Below are positions 7,351-17,100 of a DNA stretch of 37,001 nt, in pieces. How positions within the stretch are numbered: position 1 is the first letter of the stretch; each line of letters opens with the position of its first letter. Both the position numbers and the translations under genes were made by a program. Below the pieces are notes generated by a model. That model saw only the letters and a program-made list of their open reading frames with translations. It had not been told where the DNA came from and ran no database searches. Source of the DNA: a virus. Location: positions 1 through 37,001 of the IMG/VR virus record IMGVR_UViG_3300019476_000074; one strand, written 5' to 3'.

Positions 7351-7606
7351 TGTCTTTTCTCTCCAGTCTAGTTACTTTTATTCTTTGCAAATCAAGATCA
7401 TCGCGCAAGTCGCTTACGGCACTTTTTAATCCATTTGTTTCTATTCGTCTAATCCTTAATGAAAAGCCATTGATTGTGTTGTTTAGATCGTTTGTAAAAC
7501 TTCGCAATGATCTAGCTTCATCTTCAAGGCTACTGATCTTATTTGTAATTGTTTGTAGTTGTGTTTTTATTTCGTCGATCTCGTCGCCTAAATTTCTTTC
7601 AGCCAT
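7340..7606 (-). CDS. Small coiled-coil late protein (88 aa)
   Basis: Coiled-coil composition. Shares base 7606 with the upstream lysin gene (TAATG-type coupling). Confidence 0.55.
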   Translation of the reverse strand: MAERNLGDEIDEIKTQLQTITNKISSLEDEARSLRSFTNDLNNTINGFSLRIRRIETNGLKSAVSDLRDDLDLQRIKVTRLERKDNGL

Positions 7607-8157
7607 TACACACTCCTCGCTCTATTCTCCCAGCCTCGCTCATATACACCAAGGCGTGGGTTTTTTCTTATTAAATTTCGATAATAGGCGATCTCTGCCC
7701 TATCAAAATCACTATCAAAGGCTACAGTATCATAGGCATTAAGCGCTTTTAGTGTATTCGCCCCCATTATGCCGTCGCTCATAAGCCCCAGCATATTTTG
7801 AAGCACACGCACGGCACTTTTTACTCCGACATTGACAGCAAAGCAAAAAAGCTCATTTGCTTTTAGTTGGCTATTTACGTCATCTAGGCATAGAGCGTCC
7901 CAGTATGTTTTTTTGTAAAAGCTTGCGACTAAATTTACAAGCGCATCATCGTTATACAAAGCGACGCTAGCCTTTTTTAGATCACCGTATGCGTTGATTG
8001 CTGCCCTAACTTGTCCCCAGCCTTGCCAGCTTGGGTTAGCTACTTCATAAATGCCCATAAAAGTTAGCCCATTTTCTGTTGGATTTTTATGTAGGGCTTT
8101 TTCAGGGCGACTAAATTCTAAGCTCATTAAAAGATTAAAAGCTTGTGTGTAGTTCAT
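7606..8157 (-). CDS. GH108-like endolysin with a PG_binding_3-like C-terminus
   Basis: Three segments fit the GH108 plus peptidoglycan-binding-3 pattern:
- YWDALCLDDVNSQLKANELFCFAVNVGVKSAVRVLQNMLGLMSDGIMGANTLKALN
- C-terminal YYRNLIRKNPRLGVYERGWENRA
- N-terminal LEF…NGLTFMGIY in place of the EGG…GGxTxxGI motif
The gene lies directly downstream of the holin. Confidence 0.6.
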   Translation of the reverse strand: MNYTQAFNLLMSLEFSRPEKALHKNPTENGLTFMGIYEVANPSWQGWGQVRAAINAYGDLKKASVALYNDDALVNLVASFYKKTYWDALCLDDVNSQLKANELFCFAVNVGVKSAVRVLQNMLGLMSDGIMGANTLKALNAYDTVAFDSDFDRAEIAYYRNLIRKNPRLGVYERGWENRARSV

Positions 8158-8522
8158 TTTTCATCTCCTATATCGTAGTCACGAGGGGGTCTTGGTGTAT
8201 AATCATAGTTGTTGTCGCTGAAATTGTTTATCTTTTTGTCTATTGCTTTGTCGATCACCGTGCTAACCCAAGCTGTGCCTCTCCACGCAAAAAAGCCGCC
8301 AACTGCGAGACTAAAACTACCTTTCCCAGTGAAATAAAAAGCCGTCTCGTAAGCTACCCAGCATATAAAGGTCGAGCTAATAGTGCCAACGAAAAAATTT
8401 ATGATAGCCTTGCCATCGCTTGCAACCTTAGCGTTGCCCCCTGCAATGCTTAGTACGCCACCCACAAAGCCAACTATTATCACCCAAAAATAAAAGCCTA
8501 GCCTATCCATAAGATCATCCAT
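8154..8522 (-). CDS. Holin candidate (about 122 aa, 3 TM)
   Basis: Three hydrophobic segments: LGFYFWVIIVGFVGGVLSIAGG, IINFFVGTISSTFICWVAY and FSLAVGGFFAW. It has ATGA coupling to the lysin. I prefer ATG 8522 (aaggactgggta upstream) over the track start at 8561, which has no SD. Confidence 0.6.
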   Translation of the reverse strand: MDDLMDRLGFYFWVIIVGFVGGVLSIAGGNAKVASDGKAIINFFVGTISSTFICWVAYETAFYFTGKGSFSLAVGGFFAWRGTAWVSTVIDKAIDKKINNFSDNNYDYTPRPPRDYDIGDEK

Positions 8523-8620
8523 TACCCAGTCCTTTTTTTTAAAATTTATAGGTAAAAACATACATTATTAGGACGGATAATATTATTTCTATTACGACCA
8601 TCTTATTCAGCCAGAAAGCT

Positions 8621-8869
8621 TTAGTTTTTTTTATTATTCGTTCCATTTACGCACCCTTTTAAAAGTTCCTCACATGTGAGAAAATAGCCTATTAGCTCCT
8701 TTGCGCTTTCTAAATTTTCAGGGCTATACTTTGGCTTTGTTGGCATTTTCTCAATGCACGCCACTGGCACATATACGTCTTGATATTGTGTTTTTACTAT
8801 CACTTCAGGCTTTGAGCTGCAACCGATTATGAAAAACGCCACTATTAGGCTACTTGCTATTAGCTTCAT
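8621..8869 (-). CDS. o-spanin-like lipoprotein (82 aa)
   Basis: Signal peptide plus lipobox (LIVAFFIIGC). It is small and overlaps the 3' end of the i-spanin gene by 20 nt. Confidence 0.65.
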   Translation of the reverse strand: MKLIASSLIVAFFIIGCSSKPEVIVKTQYQDVYVPVACIEKMPTKPKYSPENLESAKELIGYFLTCEELLKGCVNGTNNKKN

Positions 8870-9200
8870 TTAATAGCCTTTCATAGAAATTTAGCTTTTC
8901 TTCGCAGGCGGCGTCTTTGATAGGCACTGTCACACGCTCAACCCTAGTTATAACACGCTCTTTTATTTTTGCCTCGTCTTGTTTTGGCACGCTTAGAGCT
9001 TTTAGGCTTGTGTTGGCTAGCTCGATCTTGGCGTTACATGTTTCCAAATTAGAAACAACTACGGCACTACTTGCCTCTTTTAACGCTATCTTTTTAGTTA
9101 GCTCGTCGATTTTCTCCGCTGCATTATTGTTTAACCAGTAGAGCACGCCAACTACAAAACTCAAAAACAAGATAGCTCCTATATAGAATTTATCGCTCAT
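8850..9200 (-). CDS. i-spanin-like protein (116 aa)
   Basis: N-terminal TM helix (IGAILFLSFVVGVLYWL) followed by a coiled-coil periplasmic domain. Overlapped arrangement with the lipoprotein gene. Confidence 0.6.
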   Translation of the reverse strand: MSDKFYIGAILFLSFVVGVLYWLNNNAAEKIDELTKKIALKEASSAVVVSNLETCNAKIELANTSLKALSVPKQDEAKIKERVITRVERVTVPIKDAACEEKLNFYERLLNEANSK

Positions 9201-9822
9201 TTTGCACCCTTTTAAATGGATTAATCGCCCATACGCTCTTGAGATACTCTTTGTCGTTTGGCTGCATAAAAGTAGCTTTGTTGTATTCGTTCATCTCTGC
9301 CACGTCTAGCAATTTCCAACCGACATAAATACGACAATAAAAGCCACTTAAAAAACCTTTGTAGCGGATCGTTTTGAAAAGTCCAAATCGTGATCGTCCA
9401 TCTTTTAGTTTTAGCGTCACTTTGCAAAAGTCGCTAACCGCTCCTCCGTTGCTCGTGACTTTGATATTGCCTTGTACTCTTACGCTTGATGGTTCTATTT
9501 CACTCACTTTTACGCCATTTACACGGCTTGAAAAGTAGCCTATGCGGTTTCTATATAGCCACAAAAGACGCGCAAAATACGTCCTATTTTTGCCGTTTGG
9601 ATAGTGCTCTTTTCGCCAGCCACTATCGCCGTTTATCGCCGAGTTTTCGCCGTTGTAATAGTCGCTAGCATCCTCGAAGTACCTAGCCCACTTTGGCAAG
9701 TGCTCGCTTTGCTTGTTGCAAAACGCTAGAGCGATCGGCACTACTATATAGCCAAGCATCTCTAGTGGTAGCTCGACGACGATAATACAAAAGAGTTGCA
9801 AAAGCTCTTTAAATTTAAGCAT
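9190..9822 (-). CDS. Hypothetical membrane-anchored protein (210 aa)
   Basis: N-terminal hydrophobic region. The motif LLWLYRNRIGYF is reminiscent of uncharacterised phage proteins, but I cannot name the family. Confidence 0.6.
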   Translation of the reverse strand: MLKFKELLQLFCIIVVELPLEMLGYIVVPIALAFCNKQSEHLPKWARYFEDASDYYNGENSAINGDSGWRKEHYPNGKNRTYFARLLWLYRNRIGYFSSRVNGVKVSEIEPSSVRVQGNIKVTSNGGAVSDFCKVTLKLKDGRSRFGLFKTIRYKGFLSGFYCRIYVGWKLLDVAEMNEYNKATFMQPNDKEYLKSVWAINPFKRVQNER

Positions 9823-9962
9823 TACTCATCCTTTTTGTCTTTTGATTTTTCTTGCTCTTTTTCTTTATATTTAGGGCTTTTAGGGCATCCGTCCCAAGTG
9901 CAAGCGCCGTCTTTATCCAACTTTGATGCACAAATTTCGCATCTCTTAATTTTTGCTCTCAT
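9822..9962 (-). CDS. Unlisted 46-aa four-cysteine (zinc-ribbon-like) ORF
   Basis: My own translation: MRAKIKRCEICASKLDKDGACTWDGCPKSPKYKEKEQEKSKDKKDE. The ATG overlaps the upstream stop (ATGA) and the TAA overlaps the downstream ATG (TAATG), so it fills the gap exactly. It is below the 60-aa track cutoff. Confidence 0.5.
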   Translation of the reverse strand: MRAKIKRCEICASKLDKDGACTWDGCPKSPKYKEKEQEKSKDKKDE

Positions 9963-10219
9963 TTGTTCTCCTTTGGTCTAGTTTTTACAATATCCGTAAA
10001 TTCATCACCACCTAAATACCAAAACGGCTTTTTGCCATCTTCGTATTGAAATTTGGCAAAGTCGTCAGGATGTGTCGCCAGATGGCTAAACACTCTTAAA
10101 ATGTTTGTCATGTTTGAGTTGTCCCACTGATCGCATTTTCTAGCCCTTAGAAAGATCACGATAGGGCAGAGTAAAACGCCTAAAATTAGCGACAATATGC
10201 AAATTAAAAAATAGCTCAT
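9959..10219 (-). CDS. Small membrane protein (86 aa)
   Basis: N-terminal TM helix (YFLICILSLILGVLLCPIVIFL). Confidence 0.55.
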   Translation of the reverse strand: MSYFLICILSLILGVLLCPIVIFLRARKCDQWDNSNMTNILRVFSHLATHPDDFAKFQYEDGKKPFWYLGGDEFTDIVKTRPKENK

Positions 10220-10228
10220 ACTCTCTCC

Positions 10229-10549
10229 TTATAGATGATCCATTACCGCTACCGTTATCGATTCGCTTGTTGCGTTTAGGCGCTCACGCTCTTCAATTAA
10301 CTCCTTGTACTCACTTCTTAAATTTTCAAGTACGGCGTTGTTGCCGATTATTAGGGCGTGGCGTATATAGTTTTCATGCTCAGCGATTTCGGCTTCGATC
10401 TCGGCTAGTCTTTCGGCGTGCTCGTCAGTCTTGCCAGTCAAAATCTCATTTAGCTCGGCTTCATCTATCTGAGCCAACCCCTCTTGTATCGGCTGCTCGT
10501 TATCCTCATACGCATAAATTTCATTATTTTTATCTTTGTAGTATTTCAT
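10229..10549 (-). CDS. Acidic protein downstream of the tail fibre; possible tail-fibre assembly chaperone
   Basis: Call rests on position and size only. The N-terminus MKYYKDKNNEIYAYEDNEQPIQEGLAQIDEAELNEIL loosely recalls tail-fibre assembly proteins. Confidence 0.35.
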   Translation of the reverse strand: MKYYKDKNNEIYAYEDNEQPIQEGLAQIDEAELNEILTGKTDEHAERLAEIEAEIAEHENYIRHALIIGNNAVLENLRSEYKELIEERERLNATSESITVAVMDHL

Positions 10550-10558
10550 TTTTGCTCC

Positions 10559-12538
10559 TTATCGTAATTCAACCCAATCCATAATGCTAATAATTGACGC
10601 ATTTATCTCGCTTTTAAGCTGGTATGTTTTTTTGTCTGGAACTATGGCACATAGTTGTGTAGCTAGCCCATTTACGTTTTCAAAACGAGCAACCCTTACG
10701 TCCCCCACATATAGCGCCACTCTGTTTGCGGTAGCGGAGTTGCTATCTACTGTTATACTCACCATTATAGGTCTGCCAGTTGTGTTTGTATATGTTATAT
10801 TCAGTTGTCTTTGTGTTAGTACGTCTTGCCAAGCTTGCCCTATACCTATGCTTTGATTAGTTTCTATCGCATCACTCACAGCCTTTTCGGTTACTGCTGC
10901 GTCCTCTTGCTTTGCAGTTATTGAGTTTTTGAGTTTAACAATTCCCGATTTAGCTTCAGTTGCAAGTATTGTTTTATCGATTTGCCCAGCTGTTGGAGTA
11001 TTTATGTTTTTGACTTTTATGATGACAACTACCGCCATATTGTACGGTCTTGTCTCATTTGCGGTTCTTGGCTCGCCATTTACCCCATCTGATTTTGGCT
11101 CTGCAATAGGGGTCTCACTATTTCTAGTGCCTACTTTATTTGATGTATTCCCAGTTACAGTGTATGCCCACCCCACCAATGATGGGTTGTCTTTCCAATT
11201 ATGATAATGCCCTTGAAATGCATCTTGTTGAGATGTGCCTAAAGCAGCAGCATTACCGCCTATTGACCTCATGAACTTGCCATCGGCGAAATTCGGTAAG
11301 TTAAAGCTTTCGCCACTTCCGCCGTATGTGTAGCCTATCACGTCAAATAGCTCGGTGTATTCTGCTTTTTTGAGACTTCTGCCATCCGCTATCAAAAAGC
11401 CAGCAGGGATAGTCTTTTGGCTTGGATAGCTTAGATACGCACCTATCGGCAAACCGTCCGTTAGCTCGGTTTTTAGAGCAAATTTATCATCGCACTCGAT
11501 TTTGCTATATGCGTCTATCTTGTCGGTCTTTTTTAGAAATGTGGCGTCACTCTCAATTTTACTGTAAGCGTCTACCTTATCCACTTTTCTTAAAAATTTG
11601 GCGTCACTTTCTATTTTTGTATATGCTGTGCTTTTTAATTCATATTTGGCGTCACTTTGTGATCTAGTGTAGGCGTCTACTTCTTGCCCTACTATAAAGT
11701 CTTTTATTGACATTGATTTGAGTATGCCCTCGTCAGAATTGCGTACTAAGAAACGCCATTTATCTGTGGCTAGTGAGTTCTTGATCGTGGTTACTTCTGC
11801 CTTTGTTGGTTCGTTTATATAAATATTTGTGGCATAAATATTGCCAGCGGCGTTACGGCGCACTATCTTACCGCCAGCGTTATTCTCGCTAGCATCTGCT
11901 TCTCTCAGCATCCCTTGTGTTAGAGCGCCAATTTTTGTACTAGAGTAAGTTGTGGTTGTACTAGTACTAGTGTCGTTTATTAGTCCGGTTGTGCTTATAT
12001 TTTCAAGTGATCTTTTTAGTTCAAGTAGTGTTGCTTTTAGAGCGTCTAATTCAGCAAATTTGCTTTGAGAATTAGCTAATGTTTCAAGTGCTGTTTGAGC
12101 CCTTTGCTCTATTGGCTTGATTGTTTCTAAAATAGATTTTGCCTCAGCTAATAGATCACTTGTTTTATTAATTTTTTCTACATTGCTGGCGATAAATGCA
12201 AAATTGCTTAGTGCAGTATTATTTTTACTATCAAAATCTGCCTTTTTCTCGTCAAAATCCGCCTTATCATTTCTAAAAGTGCTAAGATTGGTATCAAAAT
12301 TTTGTTTTTTCTCATCAAAATCTGATTTTTTAAAGCTTAGCTCCGTTTTTATGTTTTCAACTGCCGCTTTAACATCTTGTAGCGTCAATATTTGCTCTTT
12401 TGTTAGAGTATTCGCGTCTTTTATTTCGCTTATATTTATTTGGCTTATTGCTGTTTCTAACTCAGTTATTTGAGAGAGCAAGAATTTTAATGCTTCTAGT
12501 GTTCTATTGCCAAGCTTTAATTCCTCTATCGTTACCAT
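10559..12538 (-). CDS. Tail fibre protein with phage tail-collar domain
   Basis: Evidence in order along the protein:
- N-terminal coiled coil
- four 16-19-aa tandem repeats (AY[ST]KIESDAxF…)
- collar-domain motif (IPAGFLIADGRSLKKAEYTELFDVIGYTYGGSGESFNLPNFADGKFMRS)
- GIVKLKNSITAKQEDAAVTEKAV fibre motif. Confidence 0.85.
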   Translation of the reverse strand: MVTIEELKLGNRTLEALKFLLSQITELETAISQINISEIKDANTLTKEQILTLQDVKAAVENIKTELSFKKSDFDEKKQNFDTNLSTFRNDKADFDEKKADFDSKNNTALSNFAFIASNVEKINKTSDLLAEAKSILETIKPIEQRAQTALETLANSQSKFAELDALKATLLELKRSLENISTTGLINDTSTSTTTTYSSTKIGALTQGMLREADASENNAGGKIVRRNAAGNIYATNIYINEPTKAEVTTIKNSLATDKWRFLVRNSDEGILKSMSIKDFIVGQEVDAYTRSQSDAKYELKSTAYTKIESDAKFLRKVDKVDAYSKIESDATFLKKTDKIDAYSKIECDDKFALKTELTDGLPIGAYLSYPSQKTIPAGFLIADGRSLKKAEYTELFDVIGYTYGGSGESFNLPNFADGKFMRSIGGNAAALGTSQQDAFQGHYHNWKDNPSLVGWAYTVTGNTSNKVGTRNSETPIAEPKSDGVNGEPRTANETRPYNMAVVVIIKVKNINTPTAGQIDKTILATEAKSGIVKLKNSITAKQEDAAVTEKAVSDAIETNQSIGIGQAWQDVLTQRQLNITYTNTTGRPIMVSITVDSNSATANRVALYVGDVRVARFENVNGLATQLCAIVPDKKTYQLKSEINASIISIMDWVELR

Positions 12539-12666
12539 TGTTTAACCTTTATAGTTTCTTTAGCTTTTTTTAGTTTTTCAGCTAGTTCTGTAAAAAAACG
12601 CAAAAGGTCTATCTTGCTTAAATCTCTTGCGTTTTCCAAAACTCTTATTAGCTCATAGTCTGTCAT
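12532..12666 (-). CDS. Unlisted 44-aa ORF bridging the gap upstream of the tail fibre
   Basis: My own translation: MTDYELIRVLENARDLSKIDLLRFFTELAEKLKKAKETIKVKQW. It overlaps the stop of 12653-13036 by 14 nt and the tail-fibre ATG by 7 nt. Confidence 0.4.
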   Translation of the reverse strand: MTDYELIRVLENARDLSKIDLLRFFTELAEKLKKAKETIKVKQW

Positions 12667-13036
12667 AATCACTCATTTCGTTTGCGTTGTAGTCTGCTAT
12701 CGCTTCAAGTGCTAGCGTGCGGTAATATGTGTCTTTGTTAATCAAAAAAGCTACATAGTTAATCACTGCATAGCTCAAAGCTTCGTCTATTTGTAAATGC
12801 TCTTTTGGATCACTAAAATTTGGTACATCTGGCACGCAAATAAAAGTTTGTTTATCAATATTCCTATAAGGTCTTTCTTCGCTCCCAAAATGCCTTAGTA
12901 AAATAGTAGGTACGCACTTATCGCAGCAAAAAAGCATAGCTTCTAAGAATAGCGAGCTAAGCATATCATCAGCAGGGAGCTTAACCCCTGCTGTCGTTTT
13001 AAAGCTCAAATGTTTTTTGGCTTCAGTGCAAAGCAT
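12653..13036 (-). CDS. Hypothetical virion-module protein (127 aa)
   Basis: Lies immediately downstream of the capsid gene. No family recognised. Confidence 0.55.
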   Translation of the reverse strand: MLCTEAKKHLSFKTTAGVKLPADDMLSSLFLEAMLFCCDKCVPTILLRHFGSEERPYRNIDKQTFICVPDVPNFSDPKEHLQIDEALSYAVINYVAFLINKDTYYRTLALEAIADYNANEMSDYDRL

Positions 13037-13038
13037 TA

Positions 13039-14043
13039 CTAAGCCTTTAAGCCAACGCCTATTGCAAATGCGTCTGCGTTTCTTACTTCTAGGCAGCTTT
13101 CAGTGTAGTATCTTTTTTGGACAGCTGTTTTTGAAGTAGTCACGTTTTCTAACTCAGTTGGCACTAATAGACCATTTTTTATGTAGTCAAAATCTCCTGC
13201 GATGATACAATCACCCAAGCCATATTTAGGACTTAAGAAGCGGTGAAGTCTAAAATTTACCCTACCAAAATCAGTGTCAAGGCTGACAACGCTAGAGTTG
13301 ATATTTTTCTCGTTACCAAATTGTCTAGTAGCTATTTTGTTAATAGCTGGCTTTAGATCAGCGCCAATGAATACATCTTTTGGAGTTGTGCCTGCGTCCC
13401 AAATGTTTTGAAGTAGCTGTGATAGCACGGTTTCAGTTAGTGCTGCTGGAGTGCCTTTCCAATCGCCTGAGCTATCAAATGCTACAACATTGCCACGCTT
13501 ACCACTTGCAAATGCAGCCGCACCCTTAGCCAAGAAGTAAAATAAGCCTGCCATTTCGCCAGCTGTTGCGTCAGTTCTAACGCTCGGTGCTTTAAACACG
13601 CTCTTTTTAACATCAGCATCACGTCCAAGACCAAAGATAGCATACTCCATATCTAGCTTATGCTCTTTTGCTCTTTTAGCTGTCTCACGCTCTAGCTCTT
13701 TACCGCCATAAGTTGCCACTGCTTGCATACTTCTTGAAACGCTAACGTTTGAAGTGAAAATTTGCACCGCATTTGAAGTCTTTTGCACGCTTGATTTGAT
13801 CTGATCGTCAAAGTCAGATATTTCAAGTTGTGCGTTTTTCTTTGGGGCAGCTAAGCTGTCAGTTAGCCAAGAGTGCTCTATGCCTTTTACACTTGAAGTG
13901 CCAATAAGGCTTAGCATAGGCGTCTCGTCAGCACCTATTAAAATTATTTTGTCATATACCGAAGGCTTTAGCCCTTCTCTTTTTGTTGCTGGGGCTTGAA
14001 ACCCAGTTGTAGTTATTGCCATTTCTTTGCTCCTTTTATGCAA
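13039..14043 (-). CDS. Major capsid protein (HK97-fold type; resembles SU10/DUF5309-like coat proteins)
   Basis: At 334 aa it has its own strong SD (aaaaggagcaaagaa). The N-terminus MAITTTGFQ…DETPMLSLIG…WLTD and the overall composition are typical of that coat family, which I recall from memory only. Confidence 0.7.
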   Translation of the reverse strand: MHKRSKEMAITTTGFQAPATKREGLKPSVYDKIILIGADETPMLSLIGTSSVKGIEHSWLTDSLAAPKKNAQLEISDFDDQIKSSVQKTSNAVQIFTSNVSVSRSMQAVATYGGKELERETAKRAKEHKLDMEYAIFGLGRDADVKKSVFKAPSVRTDATAGEMAGLFYFLAKGAAAFASGKRGNVVAFDSSGDWKGTPAALTETVLSQLLQNIWDAGTTPKDVFIGADLKPAINKIATRQFGNEKNINSSVVSLDTDFGRVNFRLHRFLSPKYGLGDCIIAGDFDYIKNGLLVPTELENVTTSKTAVQKRYYTESCLEVRNADAFAIGVGLKA

Positions 14044-14071
14044 TTTAATGGCAATTTATCATTAACGGCTG

Positions 14072-14095
14072 TGCCAAATCTACCCAATTTTGGCA
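14072..14095. promoter_or_regulatory. 24-nt inverted-repeat site TGCCAAA-N10-TTTGGCA in the capsid-gene leader; identical copy at 21367-21390
   Basis: tgccaaatctacccaattttggca occurs identically at both places. This copy lies 29-52 nt upstream of the capsid ATG (minus strand). Confidence 0.6.
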
Positions 14096-14131
14096 AAGTT
14101 AGAATATTTTTTGTTTTTTTGAAAAGAGAGT

Positions 14132-14151
14132 AAGCCCTAAATATAGGGCTT
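14132..14151 (-). terminator. Stem-loop AAGCCCTA-aata-TAGGGCTT directly after the 1018-aa ORF
   Basis: An 8-bp stem lies one nt beyond the stop. On the minus strand it is followed by actctcttttc. It is a possible attenuator between the internal-protein genes and the capsid gene. Confidence 0.5.
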
Positions 14152-14152
14152 T

Positions 14153-17100
14153 TTAATTATTATTGGAGTTTTTAGTAGATATATGGCTAATTTTTACACC
14201 TTGACTAATTTTATTTTTAGTTAGTCTATTTACCGCTTTAGCTTTTACGCCGTCGCTTATATCTTTGCTTAATAACACTTTCTTAACTAAGCCTACCTTG
14301 TCGCTACTTGTGTCTATTGCATCAAGCAGATTTTCTACTCCTTCTTGGTTATTTTTTGATATAACATCCATATCGGTATCTACCTTCGTTTTATTGTTAT
14401 AATCAATAAAATTTCTATCGCTATAATAATCAAAGATTTTTTTACCGTCATTATATTCATCTACAACTACTTTTAATTTTACATCATTTTTTTCTAACGT
14501 GTACGCATACCTTATTTTGCTCGGTAACTGCTCAAAACTATCACTGTTTATATCCCCACCCCTTATCACGTCCATAATATTCAAAAGCTCATCATTGTTA
14601 AGTCCCCCAGTTTTTTCTACACCAGCGTGCTTTATCATTATTTTTTTTGCCCCAGCATTTCTTGACCCCTGCTCAAAAGAATAAAGATCATTTAGGTCGT
14701 GGCCTTGCAACACTATTTTGTCCTTTTTCCCAATAAATACATCATATATATTTTTTTGCTCATTATTTAGTGTGTTAATATTAACTTTTTCTAATTCTTT
14801 TATTGCATTATTTATTTTAGTATCTTTTAAGCCCTTTTGCTCTATTATATCTTCGTTGGGGCGGATCATAGAGTGTTGTCTATACGCCCCATTATCCATT
14901 TTTATTAGATCACTTTTAGCCTGCTCTTTTTTAGCCATAAAATCATCAATTAACCCCCTTATCTCTTTGCTTTGTGCCTGAGTAAGTAGATCAAATCTAT
15001 CTTTTATCGGTATAGCTTCGTTTTTCATTATATCGGTTAAGGCGTCAGACGTAGTTTTGGCTTTTAAAAATGCCTCAGCGTATAAATTCTTTTTGCCAGC
15101 TTGTTTGCCTATTAGTGGGATATGCTTTGCTAAGCGTTCAAAACTTCTTGCTACAAATGCCATGGCTACTTTACCACTAAAGCTTGTGGCTATACTTCCA
15201 CCTTGGCTTTTTGTCTTTAACCCTGCATCTATTGCGTCAATTATGCCTTTTGTGTTTGGGCGAAATTTTGCATCATCAAATAGTGCTTTTTGTAAAGTTT
15301 TCGCTTCGTCACTCACAAATTTAGCATCGCTTAATTTTTCTGCTACCGCAATAGGATTAAACCCTTTTCTATTCATACCAAGATCAGTTAGTTCATCTTT
15401 GATAGTGTTTCTAATGTAGGCTTTTTCTATCTCGCTTATTTGTTCTTTACTAAGACCTTTTGTAGCCTTAGCCCAAACATCGTTATTCTTATTTATTAAC
15501 TCGCCCATTTTACTAAAGCTAAAATCGTCGTTTAAAAGATCGTTGTTTTTATTAAAAATTCTAGTATCTTTTAGTGCTTTCATTTGAGCATATTTATCAT
15601 CTTGCTCTTTTAATAGTGCTCTTAGTCTTCCATCATCGCCAAGAGAGTTAAACATACTATCATCCAACACTTCTTTTAAGGCTCTTGCTTGTTGCTCGCC
15701 TGTATAATCTGAGTTTCTTATTGCTTTATTGAGATAACGCCTAACATCAAAAGCTTTATTAATATTAAACCCCTCTTGTGCCATTTGGCCTAAGGCTATA
15801 CGCATTTTATCTCTATCCTCTACTTTTGCGTAATTAGCCACAATGCTGTTTATTGTATCGTCCAACCCCTTTTTGTCTATTTGTAGTGGGCTATCGCCTG
15901 CCACTTGCTTAAAAGCATCCACTACTTGGTTATAGTCGCCTTTTGTAGCATTTACATAGCTACCTAAAATATCACTTACTAGAGCCTTGTCTTGATCATC
16001 TAGCTTTCTAAAGCTTTCAGGGTTTATCCTAAAGTTTTTATCAATGCCAGCTGCTTCTAATCTCTTTTGTGCTTGGTCATCAATTATTTTTATAGCTTTA
16101 TTTCGCACCAAGTCATCGCTACCTATTACATCCGCGATAGTTTTCATTTCGCTAGGATCAGCAAAGGCATTATTTAATGCAATCTCTTGCTCTTTTGTGA
16201 TTTGTGGGTCAAGTGTGCCTTTGGCTTTATTCTCTATGTATTCGCCAGCCTTTGTGACTTTATCCTTTACCCAAGGGCTACTTGTTCTATTAGCATAATC
16301 CTCTGCATAAGCCTTTGCTTTCAGCCCTAAAGTGTTTATATCGTTTAACTCTATTTTATTGTTGGCTAAATAAGCCTCTTTTTCAGCCAGCTCTTCAGGC
16401 GACAAAACCGCATCTGCTGCTTTAATGCTCCTTGTTATGTCTCCCATTGCTGGTGCGTGATTTGAGCTTGTCACATCACCTACTAGCGGGGTATTATTTA
16501 TTGCATTTGTAATTTTTTGTTTTATATCTACGTCTTTTATCTCATTGCCAAGGCTATCTTTTAATGTTTTGCTCTTGTTAATTACATCGCCTGCTTTATT
16601 TATTAGTGCTTTGCCGCCTTTTGCTACTGCATAACCTACGCCATCGCCTAATACACTAAGTCCTGCGTTTTCTAACATTAAATTTGCAAGTGTTCCAGTA
16701 TCTACGTTTTGCCCAGTATCATTTGCGTTGTATATATAGTCTCCTGCTGCACCAAGCGCAGAGCCAACTGCCCCACCTGCTATTACTGGTAATAGGCTTG
16801 TTCCGCCAGTTAATGGAGCTAAAAGCGCTCCACCTACGCCTGCCACAATAGCTCCTTTGTTCGCCTTTGTGCTATGCCAAAGGTCTTTTAATATTCCTTG
16901 ATCTAAATCTACAAGCTCACCAGCTTTGTTTTTAAAAAGGACATTGCCGTCAGCATTGACAAGACTGCCTTTACCTTGTCTTTTTAACTCAGCTGATATT
17001 TGTTTTAATGCATCAACCCCCTTTTGCTCTACCACTTCTTTGTCGCCAAAAAACTTTTGTGTTAGTGGCACTTGTGCGTCAAATTGCGCTCTAATATCAT

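Noticed and set aside
10559-12538. Diversity-generating retroelement targeting the tail fibre
   Set aside because: The genome has no reverse transcriptase gene and no template repeat. The internal repeats are simple in-frame tandem units.
14040-14100. Sigma54-type promoter (TGGCAC-N5-TTGC) upstream of the capsid gene
   Set aside because: The minus strand reads TGGCAC-agccg-TTAA, so the -12 GC is missing. The second copy of the 24-nt site has no comparable -12 element.
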